Origin: a virus
Taxonomy: Duplodnaviria > Caudoviricetes
Virus record (IMG/VR): IMGVR_UViG_3300020045_006352
Location: 1-40,441 of that record
Reading direction: 5' to 3' (one strand)
Length of the DNA: 40,441 nt
Below are positions 36,936 to 40,441 of this stretch, piece after piece. A model generated the notes under the pieces. That model searched no databases, was not told the origin of the DNA, and saw only the letters and a list, made by a program, of their open reading frames with translations. The translations under genes and the position numbers were made by a program. Position 1 is the stretch's first letter. The number at the start of each line of letters is the position of its first letter.

Positions 36936-37166
36936 TCAATCGCCGCTTTCAAGACTGACACTCACAACAACGCGCCTGCCATCGCTGAATTGCACGGATC
37001 GCTGTATTTCCCGGTTTGCATCATCCGCGCTGAGATCGGCACACAGGCATAGTAGAATATCATCCGTCACGTCACGCAAGCGCCGTATCGGTTTTGTCGG
37101 CTGCTCATGTGTTGCCCATATCCGCCCGTCCATGTCTACGCGAAGTTTAATGTGGGCGGGCTTCAT
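36936..37166 (-). CDS. Hypothetical protein (copy of 1108-1338)
   Basis: Near-identical protein. Confidence 0.85.
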   Translation of the reverse strand: MKPAHIKLRVDMDGRIWATHEQPTKPIRRLRDVTDDILLCLCADLSADDANREIQRSVQFSDGRRVVVSVSLESGD

Positions 37167-37462
37167 GAGACGCTCACAATCTCAAGTGGCCAGTTGAAAT
37201 GAATTGTATTTTTCTCACTTTCCACAAGATATGCAGGCTCAAGTTGCGCTTTCAATTCATCTGGTGATATCCCAGCCATCATATAGGTTCGCAATCGATG
37301 CTCAATATCTTGCCTACGCTCTTTGGCATTGTATACCTCGTTAAAAGGATATGCTATGCGTTTGATATATTTACGCATCTGGTCAATCTCGTTGACTGTG
37401 TAAGCCCGTTCAATTATTTTTAACTTATCCAAGGTGCTGCGCTCTAACGGTATTTTTTCCAT
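37163..37462 (-). CDS. Hypothetical protein (99 aa), full length only in copy 2
   Basis: ATGA overlap; N-terminus shared with the 1335-1382 remnant. Confidence 0.7.
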   Translation of the reverse strand: MEKIPLERSTLDKLKIIERAYTVNEIDQMRKYIKRIAYPFNEVYNAKERRQDIEHRLRTYMMAGISPDELKAQLEPAYLVESEKNTIHFNWPLEIVSVS

Positions 37463-37496
37463 ATTCTCATTCCTTTTCAGAAGCTTGAGGTGGTGC

Positions 37497-37664
37497 TTAA
37501 TCTGGAGAAACTTTCGTATCAGTTAGCCGCTTATCCAATTTATATTGGAGCCGGGTTATACTGTTCTTAACGGTGCAGCTTACTTCGCAATTTCTGGCCC
37601 AATCATAGGACACATGTTCCTCTCCACAGATGCCGCATTTCCACTTTGTTATTCTTTCAACCAT
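37497..37664 (-). CDS. Small Cys-rich protein (homolog of 1856-2023)
   Basis: MVERITKWKCGICGEEH. Confidence 0.75.
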   Translation of the reverse strand: MVERITKWKCGICGEEHVSYDWARNCEVSCTVKNSITRLQYKLDKRLTDTKVSPD

Positions 37665-38053
37665 CACAATCCCCTTGCGCGTAAAGCTGCGGCGCAGACG
37701 GCGAGGACGGGGGACCAGCACAATTCTGATTTGGCATTTTCAGGTTCCCATTTGTCTGACGGAGTGAAGAACGCTCCATGCGGCCCGCCAAAGCCCTCAA
37801 TAGCCATGGTTTGGTTTCCCACAAAGATGCGACCGCGCCACCCCTCCGGCACCAACGTCATCGCGGCGTCCATTGAGGCGGTAAAGCGAGGAACATTCCA
37901 TCTTAGCGCCAACGCCTCTGCGGCCCATTTCTCTGGAGTGTCTAGCTTTGGATTGCCAGAAAGGGGCAAGGGCATCCTGATAAATCCGGCGATCAGCGCA
38001 TCGACCTCCCTATCAGGCCCTGTCAGCGCGGCCACGCGGTCAGAGAGGGTCAT
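37664..38053 (-). CDS. Longer homolog of 1635-1859
   Basis: Shared N-terminal, middle and C-terminal motifs. Confidence 0.8.
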   Translation of the reverse strand: MTLSDRVAALTGPDREVDALIAGFIRMPLPLSGNPKLDTPEKWAAEALALRWNVPRFTASMDAAMTLVPEGWRGRIFVGNQTMAIEGFGGPHGAFFTPSDKWEPENAKSELCWSPVLAVCAAALRARGL

Positions 38054-38244
38054 GCTGCGATACTCCAGACTAGCCATGCGATCAGCGAGACGATCATAGC
38101 AGCGCCGTTAAAGAGTGCCCAAATTACAGGGCCGCCCATCCGAGCTTCTGGATCATTCCGCATCGTCAAATAGGCAGCGGTGAAAGCAGCAAACGTGATG
38201 ATAAAAGGCAGGAGCCACCAACCGAATGTAATATGGATTGTCAT
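38050..38244 (-). CDS. Two-TM small protein, copy 2 only
   Basis: MTIHITFGWWLLP..IT; AGGAG RBS. Confidence 0.75.
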   Translation of the reverse strand: MTIHITFGWWLLPFIITFAAFTAAYLTMRNDPEARMGGPVIWALFNGAAMIVSLIAWLVWSIAA

Positions 38245-38369
38245 CACTTCGACTCCTTTTGTTTGTGGCGCCGAACGCAGTTCAAGCTTTCCTCGCGACA
38301 ATTCAGCGCAACGAATTGAGAGCGACGCCAAATATGAAGCCCCATGAAACATAATATACGGCCAATCAT
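38244..38369 (-). CDS. 41-aa protein, DUF1660-like (not in ORF track)
   Basis: MIGRILCFMGLHIW...; TGATG overlaps at both ends. Confidence 0.55.
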   Translation of the reverse strand: MIGRILCFMGLHIWRRSQFVALNCREESLNCVRRHKQKESK

Positions 38370-38647
38370 CACTCCGCCCCCTGCTGTGTGAGGGCGTCCG
38401 CACATATGTCAGCAAAAGCCTGATTGGTTGCGGCCTTTTCATCTTTGCCAGCCTTGCGGTGTTCGTCAGCGTAAAAGCCGAATTGCGCACGGCACTTCTC
38501 TACAACATACCGCAACCGCAAATTCTCAGCTTCCAGCGCGGAGATGTGAGCAATAGCTGCTGGGCCGTCTGGATTAACATATTGCGTTGGAACACCATCG
38601 CCCCTGTGAGAGTGCATTGCACCCAACCGTTCAATAAGATCACTCAC
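38369..38647 (-). CDS. Hypothetical protein (MSDLIERL type)
   Basis: VNPDGP.A...I..LEAEN motif; start and end shared with 2013-2294. Confidence 0.7.
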   Translation of the reverse strand: MSDLIERLGAMHSHRGDGVPTQYVNPDGPAAIAHISALEAENLRLRYVVEKCRAQFGFYADEHRKAGKDEKAATNQAFADICADALTQQGAE

Positions 38648-38649
38648 CA

Positions 38650-38850
38650 CTAATCTCCCCAATAAGACATGTCGGCATCTGCACATTCTTCCGGCCCCAT
38701 CGCCCGTTGCCAATCAGTCTCCCAATAGGTAGGGGCGGTTTCATCGGCGTAATCCGCGATGCTTTCACCATTATCGAAATGCGTTCTTGTGAGTGCAGTC
38801 ATCCGAGCCTTGAAGCGGGCACAAAACTCATCTTTTGTAAGATCACTCAT
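38650..38850 (-). CDS. Hypothetical protein (66 aa), copy 2 only
   Basis: MSDLTKDEF...PEECAD.DMSYW. Confidence 0.7.
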   Translation of the reverse strand: MSDLTKDEFCARFKARMTALTRTHFDNGESIADYADETAPTYWETDWQRAMGPEECADADMSYWGD

Positions 38851-39073
38851 CTGCCTGACCTTTCGCGCTGGTGAGAGTGATAATGTTTCGATGCCATTCA
38901 CGGTTAAAGGCCAGAACTGCAAGATACGGGGTATCACCAAATCCTGTGATACCATCCTGTAAATTCTCTCCATAAAGAACGCACCACTGGTTGCCTTCTA
39001 TGCGAATGGATGGACGTAAAATAGAGACAAGATTAAATTCAGCCGCCTGCGTCACTGTTGGTTTGTCAGTCAT
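38843..39073 (-). CDS. Hypothetical protein (76 aa)
   Basis: GNQWC.LYGENLQ.G..GFGDTP..A..AF phage-type motif; same first 10 aa as 2287-2667. Confidence 0.8.
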   Translation of the reverse strand: MTDKPTVTQAAEFNLVSILRPSIRIEGNQWCVLYGENLQDGITGFGDTPYLAVLAFNREWHRNIITLTSAKGQADE

Positions 39074-39447
39074 TCCCCATCCCCCACAAATACGATCCGC
39101 GCTTCAACGGGCTTGCCGTCCTCGAAGGTGATCTCAAAAACGCGGTCAGAGTAACCATAACCGTCAGTAGAGGCAGCAGCAGCAGCAGCGACCTTATACA
39201 AACATTCATCCTCCATGCTTGCATACACACCACCGTACCGCACTTCACGGATTGGCTCTTTTATGAGGTCATAGCGGCTTTCTTTATCAGAGTAGTAGAA
39301 GCCGGTTTTAGTGTACTGTTTTGACACTTGATTCCCAGTCATGTCCGTCAACAGCGCCACTGTTGGATAATCACCCACAGCATCAACACAAATCACCCGA
39401 TAATCCAGACCACCACGGGTCTTACCTTTGTCACCTACTTTGAACAT
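39070..39447 (-). CDS. Hypothetical protein (125 aa)
   Basis: F.VG...KTR.G...RVIC.D phage-type motif. Confidence 0.75.
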   Translation of the reverse strand: MFKVGDKGKTRGGLDYRVICVDAVGDYPTVALLTDMTGNQVSKQYTKTGFYYSDKESRYDLIKEPIREVRYGGVYASMEDECLYKVAAAAAASTDGYGYSDRVFEITFEDGKPVEARIVFVGDGE

Positions 39448-39560
39448 TTTTTCTTCTCCACAATTACCCAACCTTTTGCGGTCAGGACAAGATCGCCAGC
39501 CTGTTTTTCAGTCGGCTTGAATGGTGTGTATGGCTGGGGGTGTCTATTAAAGGTAGGCAT
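39435..39560 (-). CDS. 41-aa protein (not in ORF track)
   Basis: MPTFNRHPQPYTPFKPTEK...KGWVIV; TAATG overlap; disrupted homolog at 2664-2810. Confidence 0.6.
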   Translation of the reverse strand: MPTFNRHPQPYTPFKPTEKQAGDLVLTAKGWVIVEKKKCSK

Positions 39561-39979
39561 TAGCGAAGCCTCCAATGACGTATGATTTGTTCAAGGGCAT
39601 TTCGCGCTATCTTTTCCCCAACAAGCCCGACAAAAGCACTTCTTTCAATGTCGCTGCGATGCGACAAATCGTCCAAATTGACAACCATGGCGGAATAAAT
39701 CTCCTCTGACCGCAGGCTAAGATTGTCAAATCTAGCCATCATACGGATTCCCCGCTCTCTATCGTCAATCAGGGCGTTAATAGAGATGCGAATGGTGTCT
39801 TGCGCCATTCTTGCCGCGCGTATAGCTTCATCATTCTTATTTTTTACATCCTCTAGCCGCTGACTCCATTGGTTGATTTGGTCCAAATGGAGACGCTCTC
39901 GCAAAATGGCCTGGTTATCACGATGAGCAATATCCGCTTTCATTTGTCGCCGCTGATTGCGTCCGAATCGCTTGCTCAT
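39560..39979 (-). CDS. Hypothetical protein (139 aa), copy 2 only
   Basis: MSKRFGRNQRR start; overlaps at both ends. Confidence 0.8.
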   Translation of the reverse strand: MSKRFGRNQRRQMKADIAHRDNQAILRERLHLDQINQWSQRLEDVKNKNDEAIRAARMAQDTIRISINALIDDRERGIRMMARFDNLSLRSEEIYSAMVVNLDDLSHRSDIERSAFVGLVGEKIARNALEQIIRHWRLR

Positions 39980-40200
39980 CCCACCACCCCCAAAGCAACG
40001 GCAATCATCATTGCCACAAATGCAAGACTGGCAGCGCCAGCGGTGAACATCAGCGCATCGGCAATCAAGCGCTTTGCTGAAAACACGATCGTCGCGTCTG
40101 GGTGTCGCCCCATGCGGCGCTTCATAATCGGTTCCATAATGCCAGCATATGCGGCGTTATCGCCTCGCTCTGCCGCTTCCTGTGCGCGTTGTAGTGTCAT
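39976..40200 (-). CDS. Homolog of 2807-3031
   Basis: Near-identical protein. Confidence 0.8.
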   Translation of the reverse strand: MTLQRAQEAAERGDNAAYAGIMEPIMKRRMGRHPDATIVFSAKRLIADALMFTAGAASLAFVAMMIAVALGVVG

Positions 40201-40406
40201 CGTATCTTCTCCAGTTCTGCCATTGTCAGGCCGGTTGTCATCTTGATTGCGTCTGCCAGTTTGTCGTGTGCGTCAATGACGGCGTCGTCCATCTTGGCAT
40301 ATTCCTCTTCGGGAATTGTGAGGTTGTCGAACAACACCTTGTCGCGGTCGCCTAGAGCGCGGATATACTCACTGTACAGTGCGCGGATATGTTGGTGGAC
40401 TGTCAT
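40197..40406 (-). CDS. Homolog of 3028-3237
   Basis: Shared RALGDRDKVLFDNLTIPEE. Confidence 0.8.
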   Translation of the reverse strand: MTVHQHIRALYSEYIRALGDRDKVLFDNLTIPEEEYAKMDDAVIDAHDKLADAIKMTTGLTMAELEKIR

Positions 40407-40441
40407 TTCGCATAAACTCCCGCTTCATCAGCGCGCAGATC

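Larger units (their letters stand above)
35803..40441. repeat. Variable region, copy 2
   Basis: Homologous to 1-3460 but 4639 bp long with different gene content. Confidence 0.95.

Noticed and set aside
39173-39189. GCA trinucleotide run as a contingency locus
   Set aside because: Short, in frame, and encodes poly-Ala; no evidence of variation.
1-40441. Integrase, diversity-generating retroelement, retron or transposase
   Set aside because: No recombinase, reverse transcriptase or DDE motifs recognised; differences between the copies are not adenine-specific.

Overview
The window holds one apparently complete ~35.8 kb podovirus-type phage genome plus a second, diverged copy of its variable region. 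Positions 1-3460 recur as 35803-40441 with many substitutions and with different genes in each copy. The virion module is P22/Sf6-like: terminase, portal, scaffold, coat, gp4, gp10, three ejection proteins and a tailspike. The replication module has a Prim-Pol primase, Sak4-like ATPase, DUF669-like SSB, YqaJ-type exonuclease, SF2 helicase and VRR-NUC nuclease, with a GIY-YIG/NUMOD1 endonuclease inserted in it. The lysis region encodes an M23 endolysin, holin candidates and an Rz/Rz1-like spanin pair. I recognised no integrase, CI repressor or DNA polymerase. The best candidate for something new is a non-coding slot beside a shared terminator. In copy 2 it carries a tandem minus-strand array of four structured RNAs (two tRNA-like) plus tRNA-Arg(UCU). 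In copy 1 it carries a shorter RNA with the same closing stem, next to a Gp49/Acb4-family gene that copy 2 lacks. Small early genes are also swapped and reordered at short conserved junctions. All calls come from reading motifs by eye; no searches or folding programs were run.
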